Below, one piece after another: positions 38,082 through 51,378 of a stretch of 64,000 nt of DNA. Position 1 is the stretch's first letter. The number at the start of each line of letters is the position of its first letter. This DNA comes from an uncultured Clostridium sp. (GTDB taxonomy: Bacteria; Bacillota; Clostridia; TANB77; CAG-508), in contig CANPNZ010000001.1 in NCBI GenBank assembly GCA_947575605.1, positions 69,419 to 133,418 on the forward strand, in the 5' to 3' direction. The notes under the pieces are model-generated. The model had not been told where the DNA came from. It worked only from the letters and a program-made list of their open reading frames with translations, and did not search any database. The translations under genes were made by a program, and so were the position numbers.

Positions 38082-39503
38082 ATGTTTAATAAATTAAAAG
38101 AAGAATGTGGTGTGTTTGGAATTTATGCCAAAGGAGCAAAAGAAGATTTAATTGGACAAGTTTGTGTGGGATTATCTGCTTTGCAACATAGAGGAGAGGA
38201 AAGTTGTGGTGTTGCCATTAATGAGGATGGTATCATTCATTTTCATAAAGATGTGGGATTAGTTTCAGAAGTCTTCACAAAAGAAGTCCAATCAAGTATG
38301 CCACAAGGTAAGATGGCTATTGGGCATGTACGCTATTCTACAACAGGAGCCAGTAAAAAAGAAAATGCACAACCAATGGTAGTAAGACATAAAAAAGGAA
38401 ATTTGGCAGTGGTTCATAATGGGAATTTAACCAACGCAGTAGAACTAAAAAGAGAATTAGAAGAACAAGGAGCTATCTTTACCACTACAAGTGATACTGA
38501 AATAATATGCCATATTATTGTAAAAGAAAGATTAAAAACAGATTCGATTGAAGAAGCTGTAAAAAATACTATGAAAATTATAAAAGGAGCTTATTCCCTT
38601 TTAATTTTATCACCACAAAAAATGATCGCTGTAAGAGATCCACAAGGATTTAGACCACTTTGTATGGGGCATTCGGGAGAAGATATTGTATTTGCTTCCG
38701 AAAGTTGTGCATTAGATATTATGGGAGCTACGTTAGATCGTGATATTGAGCCAGGCGAAGTAGTAACTATTACCAATAATGAAGTGGTAAGTGAGAAGTT
38801 TTTACCAGATGAGAAAAAGGGAGCTTGTGTATTTGAATATATTTATTTTGCTAGACCAGATTCTACCATAGATGGTATGAATGTACATCTTTTCCGTGAA
38901 GAAGCTGGCAGATGGTTAGCAAGACAAGCACCTGTGGATGCGGATATTGTAGCAGCAGTTCCTGATTCTGGAAATGACGCAGCTTTAGGCTATTCAAAAG
39001 AATCTAAAATCCCTTATGATATTGTGTTTGTTAAAAGTAAATATATTGGAAGAACTTTTATCCAAAATACACAAAATAAGAGAAAAAAATTAGTGAATTT
39101 GAAATTAAACCCATTACATCATACCGTAAAAGGTAAGAAAATAGTGTTGGTAGATGATTCTATTGTAAGAGGTACCACTATTACTAGAATTATTAAATCT
39201 TTAAAAGAGGCTGGCGCAAAAGAGGTTCATATTAGAATTGCATCTCCTGCTTTTGTGGATGTTTGCTATTTTGGAACCGATGTGGATAAAAGAGAAAATT
39301 TGATTGCTCATGGCAAAACAGTAGAAGAAATTAGAAAAGAGATTGGTGCCGATACGTTAGAATATTTGAGCTTGGATAGTTTAAAGGAAATAACCAAACC
39401 TTGTAAGGTAAAAGGATTCTGTGATGGATGTTTTACGGGTAAATATCCAATTGAAGTGCCAAAAGAGATTGATAAGGATAAATTTGAAAAGATACAGTTT
39501 TAA
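38082..39503 (+). CDS. purF: amidophosphoribosyltransferase
   Basis: N-terminal ECGVFGI (Ntn Cys), PRTase motif VLVDDSIVRGTT and a C-terminal Cys cluster. Confidence 0.93.
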   Translation: MFNKLKEECGVFGIYAKGAKEDLIGQVCVGLSALQHRGEESCGVAINEDGIIHFHKDVGLVSEVFTKEVQSSMPQGKMAIGHVRYSTTGASKKENAQPMVVRHKKGNLAVVHNGNLTNAVELKRELEEQGAIFTTTSDTEIICHIIVKERLKTDSIEEAVKNTMKIIKGAYSLLILSPQKMIAVRDPQGFRPLCMGHSGEDIVFASESCALDIMGATLDRDIEPGEVVTITNNEVVSEKFLPDEKKGACVFEYIYFARPDSTIDGMNVHLFREEAGRWLARQAPVDADIVAAVPDSGNDAALGYSKESKIPYDIVFVKSKYIGRTFIQNTQNKRKKLVNLKLNPLHHTVKGKKIVLVDDSIVRGTTITRIIKSLKEAGAKEVHIRIASPAFVDVCYFGTDVDKRENLIAHGKTVEEIRKEIGADTLEYLSLDSLKEITKPCKVKGFCDGCFTGKYPIEVPKEIDKDKFEKIQF

Positions 39504-39508
39504 AAAAA

Positions 39509-39534
39509 GGGGACTCTCCTATGTATAGAGTCCC
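39509..39534. terminator. bidirectional terminator between purF and purC
   Basis: GGGGACTCT...AGAGTCCC hairpin flanked by an A-run and T-rich sequence. Confidence 0.65.
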
Positions 39535-39545
39535 TAAAATTTTAT

Positions 39546-40394
39546 TTAAAAATCTTTTCCCGTAAGAATTTTATAAGCTTCTTTATATTTATTAACAGTT
39601 GTATTAATCACATCATCTGGAATTGGGGTACCAGACTCTGGGTCATAACCAGTAGACTTAATCCAATCACGAATATATTGTTTATCAAAGCTTTTTTGAC
39701 TTCTTCCTACTTCATAATCATTAGCAGGCCAAAATCTACTAGAATCTGGTGTTAATACTTCATCACCGATTACTAAAGTGCCATTTTCATCCACACCAAA
39801 TTCAAATTTTGTGTCAGCAATAATAACACCTTTCGTGGCAGCATATTCTGCACATTTTGAGTAAACTTCAATTGTTTTAGCACGTAATTGTTCTGCTAAA
39901 TCTTTGCCAATTAAGTTACAAACTTCATCAAAAGAAATGTTTTCATCATGTCCTTCTGCTGCTTTTGTTGTTGGCGTAAAGATTGGTTCTGGCAATTTTT
40001 CAGATTCTTGTAAGCCAGCAGGTAAACGAATCCCACAAACGGTTCCATTTTCTTGGTAACTTTTCCATCCAGAACCAGTAATATAGCCTCTTACAATACA
40101 TTCAACAGGAATCATTTTTAATTTTTTAACTAACATACTTCTTCCTTCAAATTCCTCTGTTTGGAACTCTTCAGGAAAATCTTTAGTATCTGTTGATATA
40201 ATATGATTAGGAATAATATCTTTGATATAGTTAAACCAAAATTCAGAAATTTGATTTAATATTTTTCCTTTGTTAGGAACAAGACTTGGTAGAATATAGT
40301 CAAAAGCAGAAATTCTGTCAGAAACCACCATTAAAAGTTTATCATCATCTACTTCATATATTTCACGAACTTTACCACTACTAATTTTTTTCAT
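39546..40394 (-). CDS. purC: phosphoribosylaminoimidazole-succinocarboxamide synthase
   Basis: 282 aa with SGKVREIY, VSDRISAFD and IADTKFEFG blocks. Confidence 0.92.
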   Translation of the reverse strand: MKKISSGKVREIYEVDDDKLLMVVSDRISAFDYILPSLVPNKGKILNQISEFWFNYIKDIIPNHIISTDTKDFPEEFQTEEFEGRSMLVKKLKMIPVECIVRGYITGSGWKSYQENGTVCGIRLPAGLQESEKLPEPIFTPTTKAAEGHDENISFDEVCNLIGKDLAEQLRAKTIEVYSKCAEYAATKGVIIADTKFEFGVDENGTLVIGDEVLTPDSSRFWPANDYEVGRSQKSFDKQYIRDWIKSTGYDPESGTPIPDDVINTTVNKYKEAYKILTGKDF

Positions 40395-40423
40395 TTTAAA
40401 ACCACCTTCATTATTTTTTTACT

Positions 40424-40540
40424 AAGTTTATTATATTTTTTGTTTACAACAGTTCGGGGGGACCAATGAGCTACAATCTGTTATGAAATTACAGATTGTG
40501 TGATATTGGGAGTTGTAAACAAAAAATATAATATAAGTTT
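40424..40540. repeat. palindromic intergenic element
   Basis: Arms AAGTTTATTATATTTTTTGTTTACAAC and GTTGTAAACAAAAAATATAATATAAGTTT. Interior holds TCGGGGGGACC and a second hairpin ACAATCTGT...ACAGATTGT. Confidence 0.7.
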
Positions 40541-40543
40541 AAA

Positions 40544-41068
40544 TTACCTATTAGACAAATAAGCTTCATATCCTAATTGTTGTAACTTTTCATCTTTTTG
40601 AGATACGGCATCTTTCAAAGAATTTTTAAAATCTGCCAATTTATTTTTAAGTTCTTCATTTCCCACAGCTAAAATAGAAGTTGCTAGAATACCAGCATTT
40701 TTTGCTCCATTAATAGCAACGGTAGCAACGGGAATACCAGAAGGCATTTGAACAATAGAATATAAAGAATCAACACCACCTAGTGTTTTGGTATGGATGG
40801 GAACGCCAATAACAGGAACAGTAGGTAACATAGCAGCAAATACACCAGGAAGATGGGCTGCTCCGCCAGCACCAGCAATAATTACTTTTACTCCATTTTC
40901 TTTTAACATTTTGGCATATTCCGTTGCTTTTTCTGGGGTACGATGAACAGAAAGGATTTTTATTTCATAAGAAATCCCCATTTGTTCTAAAAATTTTGCA
41001 CAATCTTTCATGATGGGCAAGTCAGAGTCGCTTCCCATGATGATGGAAACGTCTACATTTTTACTCAT
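40544..41068 (-). CDS. purE: 5-(carboxyamino)imidazole ribonucleotide mutase / AIR carboxylase PurE
   Basis: IIMGSDSDLP and AGGAAHLPGV blocks. RBS GGAGA favours ATG 41068 over the track start at 41077. Confidence 0.92.
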   Translation of the reverse strand: MSKNVDVSIIMGSDSDLPIMKDCAKFLEQMGISYEIKILSVHRTPEKATEYAKMLKENGVKVIIAGAGGAAHLPGVFAAMLPTVPVIGVPIHTKTLGGVDSLYSIVQMPSGIPVATVAINGAKNAGILATSILAVGNEELKNKLADFKNSLKDAVSQKDEKLQQLGYEAYLSNR

Positions 41069-41171
41069 AAATTTCATCTCCTATCTCAATTTATAAAATC
41101 ATGTATATTATAATATAGAAATTTAAAAGAAGCAATATTTCTACTATTTTTTAAGTTTTTTCCAAAATATA

Positions 41172-41199
41172 TTGACTTTAAGTAAAAAAGTGATACAAT
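41172..41199 (+). promoter_or_regulatory. candidate promoter of the V-ATPase operon
   Basis: TTGACT, 16-nt spacer, TGaTACAAT (extended -10). Confidence 0.35.
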
Positions 41200-41311
41200 C
41201 ATTATGTAAATATTTCAGAATAGGATCAAATATTCTTAAAGTAAGATTGTGTCAACGAAAATATCTATTTTGTAGTATGGAATGAAAACAGGAAAAGAAA
41301 GGAGTGTAAAG

Positions 41312-41626
41312 ATGGGACTTCGAAGTATTAAAAAAATTGTGGAAGCAGAAAAAGATGCAGAGAAAACGAAGCAAGAAGCCAAGCAAAAAGCCAAACTGAT
41401 TTTAGAAAAAGCGGAAGAATCCAAAGAGATCAGTCAAAATTACTTTAAAGGGCAATTAGAGCAACAAGCAAAAGACTTGCAAAAAGAAAAGGCAGAAGAA
41501 AATGCAAAAATAAAAATAAAAATACAGGCAGAAACAAATGAAAAACTTCAAAGGCTACAAAAAACACTACAAGAAAATGTACCAGAAGCAGTAGATAAGA
41601 TATTTAAAAAAGTTATCAATATGTAA
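41312..41626 (+). CDS. V-type ATPase small peripheral-stalk subunit (G/H-like)
   Basis: 104-aa Lys/Glu/Ala-rich helical protein encoded by the first gene of the operon. RBS GAAAGGAG before ATG 41312. Confidence 0.5.
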   Translation: MGLRSIKKIVEAEKDAEKTKQEAKQKAKLILEKAEESKEISQNYFKGQLEQQAKDLQKEKAEENAKIKIKIQAETNEKLQRLQKTLQENVPEAVDKIFKKVINM

Positions 41627-41687
41627 GCAAAAAAAAATTGAGACCCAAAGAACTTCAAATGAAGACAGAAAGGGATGATAAAAGAAA

Positions 41688-44080
<2,393 letters not shown>

Positions 44081-44107
44081 TACTAGATTTAGTTTAATAG
44101 GTTTCAA

Positions 44108-44239
44108 GTTATCCTTATATTATTTTTTGCACCTTGTGCGTCGCAACCTCCAAATTCAAAGTATGGTCGGTTGCTCCAATCGCACTCGCTTTCGCTCGTT
44201 TGGTCGCTTACGCGGTGCTACAAAATAATATAAGATAAC
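44108..44239. repeat. 132-bp palindromic element inside the V-ATPase operon (full copy of the 2069..2144 repeat)
   Basis: Ends GTTATCCTTATATTATTTTTTGCACC and GGTGCTACAAAATAATATAAGATAAC are inverted. The GC-richer core GGTCGGTTGCTCCAATCGCACTCGC...GCTCGTTTGGTCGCTTACG is shared with 2069..2144. Confidence 0.85.
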
Positions 44240-44293
44240 TTAGAAAAGATTAATCTAAATATAGTATAACAAAAAAGGAAAGGAGATTGACGC

Positions 44294-44857
44294 GTGGAAG
44301 AAGAGATTATCTTAAACAAAATTAGGGAAGATGCTGCCAAAGAAGCAGAAGCTATCATCCAAGAAGCGGAAGAAAAGGCTCAAAAAATAGAAAGCCAAAA
44401 TAAAGACAAAGCAACCAAGCAAGCCCAAGAAAAATTTGAAACCATGAAAGCAAAAATAACAACAGATGCGATGGCAGAGCTAGAAAAAATAGATTTCGAT
44501 GCAAGAAGTAAAATATTAATCGAGAAAAAGAGAATCATAGAAATTGTAAAAGAAAAAGTAAAACAGAAAATAAAAGACTTGAACGAAGCGGAGTATATCC
44601 AAATAATAGACGAAAAAATCAAGCATTATAAAGACGAAAAAGAGGTAGAAATAGTATTACCTAAAAAATGTTATGAACCAATCCGAAAAATAGCAATGGA
44701 TTATGGTATGAAAGTGTTAGAAGAAACCGATGAATTGGAAGCAGGCGTTATCATAAAATGTGGAAAAATAGAATACAATTACGACTTTGAAGAAAATATG
44801 AAATTCATGGATGAAGAAATAGAAAAAGAAATTGATACCATTTTATTTAGATTTTAG
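44294..44857 (+). CDS. ntpE: V-type ATP synthase subunit E
   Basis: 187 aa. GTG start 7 nt after AGGAGA. Charged helical N-terminus and a globular C-terminus. Operon position fits. Confidence 0.7.
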   Translation: MEEEIILNKIREDAAKEAEAIIQEAEEKAQKIESQNKDKATKQAQEKFETMKAKITTDAMAELEKIDFDARSKILIEKKRIIEIVKEKVKQKIKDLNEAEYIQIIDEKIKHYKDEKEVEIVLPKKCYEPIRKIAMDYGMKVLEETDELEAGVIIKCGKIEYNYDFEENMKFMDEEIEKEIDTILFRF

Positions 44858-44880
44858 TTTAACTAGAATAGGAGGTTCAG

Positions 44881-45849
44881 ATGGAAAAGATATATCCGTA
44901 TGCAGTAGCAAAAATAAAGGTAAAAGAAAACCATTTATTAAGCAATAGCAATTTAGAACAATTAGCACAAGAAAGTAGCATAGAAAGAATTGTATCAATT
45001 TTAAGAGAAAAAGATTATCCATTTGATAGGATAGAAAGATATGAAGACTATGAGATCGTTTTAGAAAAAGCGGAAGAAGCACTATACAAATTGATAAAAG
45101 AAATCATGGAAGAACATAACATTACCCAAATATTTTTAAGCAAGAATGACTATTACAATATAAAACTAATATTAAAAGCAAACCTACAAGAAAAAGAATA
45201 TAAAAATAAGTTATTGGGTAGTGGAACTTTTTCCAAAGAAGAAATAAGCTCCATTATGGAAAATAAAGAATATGATAGGCTAAATAAAACTATGAGGCAA
45301 GCAGTAGAAGAAGCCATTAAGCTATATGAAAAAAGAAAAATGCCATTTATCATAGATGCCGTGCTAGATAAAGCTTGTTTTACTGAAAGAAAAAAATTGG
45401 CAGAAAAGTTAAACAATGAATTTATTTTAAAATATATCGAGAAATTAATTGATATTACCAATATAAAGACTTTTTTTAGAGTTAGAAAAATATATAAAGA
45501 ATCCTTTTTAATGGAAGTTTCTTATATAGAAGGCGGAAACATTACTTTACCAACTTTTATGGATAATTTAACAGAAGAAGAACAAAGTCTAAAATATAAA
45601 TTTGTTGGATTTTCTGAGGCCATAGAACAGGCAATTTATCATTATGATAACTTAGATAAATTTTGTGATAATTATATTATGAATTATATGAAAGAAGCTA
45701 AAATAAAAGCACTTACCATAGAGCCTATTGTATCATTTATCTATGCGAAACAAACAGAATTCAAAAATCTTAGAATTATTTTTACAGGAAAGTTAAATAA
45801 CATAAGTAACGAAAAAATTAAAGAAAGGCTAAGGGAAAGTTATGTATAA
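44881..45849 (+). CDS. ntpC: V-type ATP synthase subunit C (d-type)
   Basis: 322 aa, with position and size typical of subunit C. RBS TAGGAGG. Confidence 0.7.
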   Translation: MEKIYPYAVAKIKVKENHLLSNSNLEQLAQESSIERIVSILREKDYPFDRIERYEDYEIVLEKAEEALYKLIKEIMEEHNITQIFLSKNDYYNIKLILKANLQEKEYKNKLLGSGTFSKEEISSIMENKEYDRLNKTMRQAVEEAIKLYEKRKMPFIIDAVLDKACFTERKKLAEKLNNEFILKYIEKLIDITNIKTFFRVRKIYKESFLMEVSYIEGGNITLPTFMDNLTEEEQSLKYKFVGFSEAIEQAIYHYDNLDKFCDNYIMNYMKEAKIKALTIEPIVSFIYAKQTEFKNLRIIFTGKLNNISNEKIKERLRESYV

Positions 45850-46168
45850 AATAGCAGTAATGGGAGATAAAGAATCAATATTTGGATTTTCTGCGATAGG
45901 AATGGACATATATCCAGCATATGAAGAAAAGGATGTCAAAAAAATCATCCCCCAACTAATAGAAGAAAATTATGCCATTATATATATAACAGAAAACGTA
46001 AGTATAAAAGCAGAGAAATATTTAGAAAAATTACAAAAAAATAAAATTCCAGCCATTGTAACCATACCAAGTAATACAGGAAATATACATCAAGGAGAAA
46101 AAAGAATTAAAGATATGGTACAAAAAGCAGTGGGAATAGAAATTAATTTTAAAGAAAGTAATTCTTAA
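45842..46168 (+). CDS. ntpF: V-type ATP synthase subunit F
   Basis: 108 aa with [24 protein letters not shown], typical of subunit F. Overlaps the end of ntpC. Confidence 0.75.
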   Translation: MYKIAVMGDKESIFGFSAIGMDIYPAYEEKDVKKIIPQLIEENYAIIYITENVSIKAEKYLEKLQKNKIPAIVTIPSNTGNIHQGEKRIKDMVQKAVGIEINFKESNS

Positions 46169-46179
46169 ATAAGAAAGGG

Positions 46180-47964
46180 ATGAAAGGATTGAAAGAAGGT
46201 ATCATAACAAAAGTATCAGGTCCATTAGTCATAGCAAAAGGGATGGAAGATGCCAATATGTTCGATGTCGTAAAAGTATCGGAAAAGAATCTAATTGGTG
46301 AAATTATAGCCATGCATGGTGAAAATGCTTCTATCCAAGTTTATGAAGAAACATCTGGAATTGGTGCACAAGAAAAAGTAATGCAAACAGGAATGCCTCT
46401 TAGTGTTGAGTTAGGTCCTGGTATGTTAACATCCATTTATGATGGAATTCAAAGACCACTTAATAAAATCTATGAGAGAACAGGAAAGAACATAGAAAGA
46501 GGAATTGAAGTCAATAGTATAGACAGAAAAAGAAAATGGACATTTGTTCCTAAGAAAAATGTGGGAGATACGGTTAAAACAGGAGACATTATAGGAATTG
46601 TCCAAGAAACCAAAGTAATTGCTTGTAAAATAATGGTTCCAGTGGGAGTAGAAGGAATTATTAAAGATATTAAATCTGGAGATTATACAGTAACAGAAAC
46701 CATTTGTGTAGTGGAAGATAAAAAAGGAAAATTACATGAAATCCAGATGATGCAAAAGTGGCCAGTAAGAAAGCCAAGACCCGTAAATAAAAAGCTAAAT
46801 CCAGATGATATGTTAGTAACAGGTCAAAGAGTAATTGACACCTTTTTCCCAATTGCCAAAGGGGGAACTTGTGCTATACCAGGAGCATTTGGTAGTGGAA
46901 AAACCGTAATTCAACATCAATTAGCAAAATGGGCTGATGCCGACATTATTATTTATGTAGGTTGTGGAGAACGTGGTAATGAAATGACGGAAGTTTTAAC
47001 AGAATTTCCAGATTTGATTGACCCAAGAACAAAAGATTCTTTGATGAATCGAACCGTTTTAATTGCTAATACCTCAGATATGCCAGTAGCAGCAAGGGAA
47101 GCTTCTATTTATACTGGTATTACAATTGCTGAATATTATAGAGATATGGGGTATAATGTAGCTCTTATGGCAGATTCTACCTCAAGATGGGCAGAAGCAC
47201 TAAGAGAAATGAGTGGAAGACTAGAAGAAATGCCAGGAGAAGAGGGATATCCAGCTTATTTAGGATCTAGAATAGCTGAATTCTATGAAAGAGCTGGTAA
47301 AGTAGAATGTTTAGGAAATGACAGAAGAATAGGAACACTTACGGTAATTGGTGCGGTATCACCAGCTGGTGGAGATATTTCAGAGCCAGTTAGTCAAAGT
47401 TCTTTAAGAATTGTAAAAGTATTTTGGGGATTAGATGCTAGCTTAGCAGCGAAAAGACACTTCCCATCTATCAATTGGCTTACCAGTTATTCTTTATATA
47501 AAGAACAGGCAGAACAATGGGAAAGAGATAATATCAGTGAAGAATTTGTTTCTTTGAAAAATGAAGCGATGGCAATTTTACAAGAAGAAGCAAAATTACA
47601 AGAAATTGTGCAATTAGTAGGAATTGATGCTGTTTCTGATAAAGATAGAGTAACTTTGGAAGTGGCAAGAATTTTAAGAGAAGACTATTTGGCACAAGAT
47701 GCGTTTGATGAAGTAGATTGTTATGCTTCTAGTCATAAGCAAGAAAGAATTTTGAAAATGATATTCAAGTTTTATGATAAAATGAGTAAAGCGATTGAAG
47801 CTGGTGTGAATGTAGAAGAGTATATTAGATTACCATATGTATCAAAGATAGGAAAAGCAAAATTCATAGAAGAGTCAAAAGTAGATAGCGAATTCGATGA
47901 AATTGAAAAAGAGATGATACAAGAAACAGACTCTATCATGGAAAAAGGAGGTCTAGCAGAATGA
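46180..47964 (+). CDS. ntpA: V-type ATP synthase catalytic subunit A
   Basis: 594 aa. Walker A GAFGSGKT, Walker B-region [16 protein letters not shown] and the non-homologous insert typical of A subunits. Confidence 0.95.
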   Translation: MKGLKEGIITKVSGPLVIAKGMEDANMFDVVKVSEKNLIGEIIAMHGENASIQVYEETSGIGAQEKVMQTGMPLSVELGPGMLTSIYDGIQRPLNKIYERTGKNIERGIEVNSIDRKRKWTFVPKKNVGDTVKTGDIIGIVQETKVIACKIMVPVGVEGIIKDIKSGDYTVTETICVVEDKKGKLHEIQMMQKWPVRKPRPVNKKLNPDDMLVTGQRVIDTFFPIAKGGTCAIPGAFGSGKTVIQHQLAKWADADIIIYVGCGERGNEMTEVLTEFPDLIDPRTKDSLMNRTVLIANTSDMPVAAREASIYTGITIAEYYRDMGYNVALMADSTSRWAEALREMSGRLEEMPGEEGYPAYLGSRIAEFYERAGKVECLGNDRRIGTLTVIGAVSPAGGDISEPVSQSSLRIVKVFWGLDASLAAKRHFPSINWLTSYSLYKEQAEQWERDNISEEFVSLKNEAMAILQEEAKLQEIVQLVGIDAVSDKDRVTLEVARILREDYLAQDAFDEVDCYASSHKQERILKMIFKFYDKMSKAIEAGVNVEEYIRLPYVSKIGKAKFIEESKVDSEFDEIEKEMIQETDSIMEKGGLAE

Positions 47965-49334
47965 TAAAAGAATATAAAACCATAAAAGAAACAGCAGGAC
48001 CTTTAATGTTAGTAGAAAATGTAACAGACGTGAAATATGATGAAATTGGACAAATTAAACTTCAAAATGGAGAGACAAGATTATGCAAGGTACTAGAAGT
48101 TAATGAAAATGCAGCATTGGTTCAATTGTTTGAAAGTAGCACAGGAATTAATTTAAAAGAATCCAAAGTAAGATTTTTAGGAAAAGGGCTAGAATTTGGC
48201 GTGTCCAAAAATATTTTGGGTAGAGTATTTAATGGAATGGGAGAAGCCATTGACGGTATGCCAAATGTGATTGCTGATAAAAAAGTAGATATCAATGGAA
48301 AACCAATTAATCCAGCAGCTAGAATCTTCCCATCTGAGTTTATCCAGACAGGAGTATCTTCTATTGATGGATTAAATACCCTAGTAATCGGACAGAAATT
48401 ACCAATCTTTTCAGGTTCAGGATTACCACATGCAGAACTTGCTGTGCAAATAGCAAGACAAGCAACTGTGTTAAAACAAGATTCTAAATTTGCCGTAGTT
48501 TTTGCAGCCATAGGAATTCCATTTGAAGATGCAGAATTTTTTATCGATAGTTTAAGAGAAACAGGAGCGATTAGTCGTTCTGTCATGTTTATTAACCTAG
48601 CCAATGATCCAGCCGTAGAACGTATTTCAACGCCTCGTATGGCATTAACAGCAGCAGAATATTTGGCATATGAACAAGACATGCAAGTGTTAGTTATTAT
48701 GACAGATATGACAAATTATGCAGAAGCATTACGTGAAATTTCAGCAGCGAGAAAAGAAATTCCAGGAAGAAGGGCTTATCCAGGCTATTTATATACCGAT
48801 TTATCTTCTATTTATGAACGTGCAGGAAAGATAAAAGGAAAAGAAGGGTCTGTTACCATGATTCCTATTTTAACGATGCCAGAAGATGACAAAACACATC
48901 CTGTACCAGATTTGACGGGTTATATTACAGAAGGACAAATTGTTCTAAGTAGAGACCTAAATAAAAGAGGAATGATGCCTCCTGTTGATGTATTACTTTC
49001 TTTGTCTCGTTTGAAAAATGAAGGAATTGGAAAGGGTAAAACAAGAGAAGATCATTCTGGGGTATTAAATCAGCTATTTGCTTCTTATGCTCGTGGTAAA
49101 GATGCCAAAGAATTGATGGCTATTTTGGGAGAAAGTGCGCTTTCTGAATTAGACAGAATTTATGCTAATTTTGCCGATGAATTTGAAAAGGAATTTGTTT
49201 CTCAAGGTTTTGATACCAATAGAACCATTGAAGAAACTTTAAATATTGGCTGGAAGTTACTTTCTACATTACCAAGACAAGAGTTAAAACGTATTAAAGA
49301 TGTATATATTGATAAATACTACCTAGACAATTAG
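47961..49334 (+). CDS. ntpB: V-type ATP synthase subunit B
   Basis: 457 aa with [34 protein letters not shown]. Confidence 0.95.
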   Translation: MIKEYKTIKETAGPLMLVENVTDVKYDEIGQIKLQNGETRLCKVLEVNENAALVQLFESSTGINLKESKVRFLGKGLEFGVSKNILGRVFNGMGEAIDGMPNVIADKKVDINGKPINPAARIFPSEFIQTGVSSIDGLNTLVIGQKLPIFSGSGLPHAELAVQIARQATVLKQDSKFAVVFAAIGIPFEDAEFFIDSLRETGAISRSVMFINLANDPAVERISTPRMALTAAEYLAYEQDMQVLVIMTDMTNYAEALREISAARKEIPGRRAYPGYLYTDLSSIYERAGKIKGKEGSVTMIPILTMPEDDKTHPVPDLTGYITEGQIVLSRDLNKRGMMPPVDVLLSLSRLKNEGIGKGKTREDHSGVLNQLFASYARGKDAKELMAILGESALSELDRIYANFADEFEKEFVSQGFDTNRTIEETLNIGWKLLSTLPRQELKRIKDVYIDKYYLDN

Positions 49335-49370
49335 TATAGATAGATATTAAAAAAGAGAGGAAAATTAAAT

Positions 49371-50003
49371 ATGGCAGTATTAAATGTAAATTTGACTCGT
49401 ATCGAAAGTATCAATATGAAAAAATCTCTCAAAACAGCACAAAAAGGGCATAAACTTTTGAAAGATAAATTAGATGAATTGATTAAGAAAATACTAAATC
49501 TTGTACAAGAAAATCAAGTTCTTCGCCATAAAGCAGATGAAATGTTAAAAATGGCTTATCAAAATTTTATGCTAGCGAAAGCCGTTATGGGAGAAGAGTA
49601 TATGGAAGAAGCTTTGGTGATTCCTAAAAAGTCTGTTTCCATAGAAATTGGAGAAATTAATATCATGAGTGTTAAAATTCCAAAGTTTCATTTTGAGGAA
49701 AATAAGCAGACAGATAACAAAGTGCTTTATGGATTTGCTGATACGACTTCGGAATTGGATAAGGCAATTGAAAGTTTTTCAGAAGTTTCCAAAGTTTTAT
49801 TAGAGCTGGCACAAAATGAAAAGGCAATTGAATTGATTTCTGCTGAAATTGAAAAGACCAGAAGAAGAGTGAATGCGATCGAAAATGTTACGATTCCTAA
49901 TTATCAAGATACAATTAAGTATATTCAGTTGAAATTGTCAGAGGATGAAAGAGCTTCTACTTCGAGATTGATGAAGATTAAGGAAATGTTAGTGGATGAG
50001 TAG
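49371..50003 (+). CDS. ntpD: V-type ATP synthase subunit D
   Basis: 210-aa coiled protein with LKDKLDEL...TRRRVNAIE. Last gene of the operon. Confidence 0.85.
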   Translation: MAVLNVNLTRIESINMKKSLKTAQKGHKLLKDKLDELIKKILNLVQENQVLRHKADEMLKMAYQNFMLAKAVMGEEYMEEALVIPKKSVSIEIGEINIMSVKIPKFHFEENKQTDNKVLYGFADTTSELDKAIESFSEVSKVLLELAQNEKAIELISAEIEKTRRRVNAIENVTIPNYQDTIKYIQLKLSEDERASTSRLMKIKEMLVDE

Positions 50004-50067
50004 AATAGTTACAATTTTACAACATTTGTATAAAAAATAAAATAGAGAATTATAGGAGATACCATGA

Positions 50068-50301
50068 ATGTTGACAAAACCACAAAAAGAATCAGAAGAA
50101 ATGCAAGATTTAAAGCACTATTTTAGATTAAAAGAAGGAATTGTTATATACACAGCTTCTACAATGGAAGAACAAAGAGATATTGCTGAATATATTAATA
50201 AAATGGATGGTGAAGATTATCTCAATTACCTGAAGTTTCTTTGCCATCCAATATACAAAATGATATTGAGAGGCATTAATTATAAAAATTTGTTTAGATA
50301 A
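50068..50301 (+). CDS. hypothetical protein (77 aa)
   Basis: AGGAGA RBS 8 nt upstream. No recognisable motif. Confidence 0.4.
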   Translation: MLTKPQKESEEMQDLKHYFRLKEGIVIYTASTMEEQRDIAEYINKMDGEDYLNYLKFLCHPIYKMILRGINYKNLFR

Positions 50302-50422
50302 ATTCATAGAAATCAAATAGATAAAATGTAAGTTGAAGATATTAAGCAATTAGTATCTTCTTTTTTTGAATAGGACAAACAGATGTCATATTTATGTGTT
50401 ATAATAATTATAGGAGGAAATC

Positions 50423-51322
50423 ATGCAAGTAAATAATCGATTATTTGAAATAATATACATTTTGATACAAAAGAAGAAAGTGACAGCAAAGGAGTTAGCC
50501 GAAAAATTTGAAGTATCGACAAGAACCATATATAGAGATATAGAAACATTAAGTAGTGCCAATATACCAATTTATGCAAGCAAGGGAAAAGAAGGAGGAA
50601 TTGGAATTTTAGATGAATATATATTAAATAAAACCATTCTTTCTGAAGAAGAGCAGAATCAGATTTTATTTGCATTGCAAGGAATGAAGAAAGTAAGAGG
50701 GCAAGATGAAAAAAATATTTTAGAAAAGTTAAGTACATTATTTAATAAAAAAGTAAATGATTGGATTAAAATTGACTTTTCTCATTGGGGAGAAGGTAAT
50801 GAGCAAGAAGAACAATTTGACACAATTAAATCTGCTATTTTAAATAAGCAAGTAATTCAATTTATCTATTATAATGCTAAGGGAGAAGAGAGTAAAAGGA
50901 TGGTAGAACCATTACAAATATGGTTTAAAGATAAAGCTTGGTATTTAATAAGTTATTGTAGAAACAAACAAGATTATAGAATATTTAAAATGGCAAGAGT
51001 AAAAGAATGTAAAACATTAGAAGAACATTTTGAAAGAGAACTTCCCAAAGAAGAAAACGAAGAGAAATATCCTTTAAAAATGATACAACTTGAATTAGAG
51101 ATAAGCCAAAATATGGCTTATAGAGTATATGATGAATTTGAAAGGAATCAAATAACGAAAAAGGAAGATGGAAATTTTATGGTAAAAATAGAATGTCCAG
51201 AGAATGAATGGGTATATGGCTATATTTTATCTTTTGGAGAATATGCAAAAGTTTTAAATCCTGGTTATGCAAAAAACATCATAAAAGATAAATTACAAAA
51301 AACTTTAAAAAATTATTTATAA
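50423..51322 (+). CDS. YafY-family transcriptional regulator (HTH + WYL domain)
   Basis: N-terminal HTH TAKELAEKFEVSTRTIYRDIETL. Central WYL-like region KAWYLISYCRNKQDYRIFKMARV. Confidence 0.8.
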   Translation: MQVNNRLFEIIYILIQKKKVTAKELAEKFEVSTRTIYRDIETLSSANIPIYASKGKEGGIGILDEYILNKTILSEEEQNQILFALQGMKKVRGQDEKNILEKLSTLFNKKVNDWIKIDFSHWGEGNEQEEQFDTIKSAILNKQVIQFIYYNAKGEESKRMVEPLQIWFKDKAWYLISYCRNKQDYRIFKMARVKECKTLEEHFERELPKEENEEKYPLKMIQLELEISQNMAYRVYDEFERNQITKKEDGNFMVKIECPENEWVYGYILSFGEYAKVLNPGYAKNIIKDKLQKTLKNYL

Positions 51323-51378
51323 TATGACATACAGTTGTCAAGTTAAATATGATATGCTTCTTTTAGGAGGTAGATATT

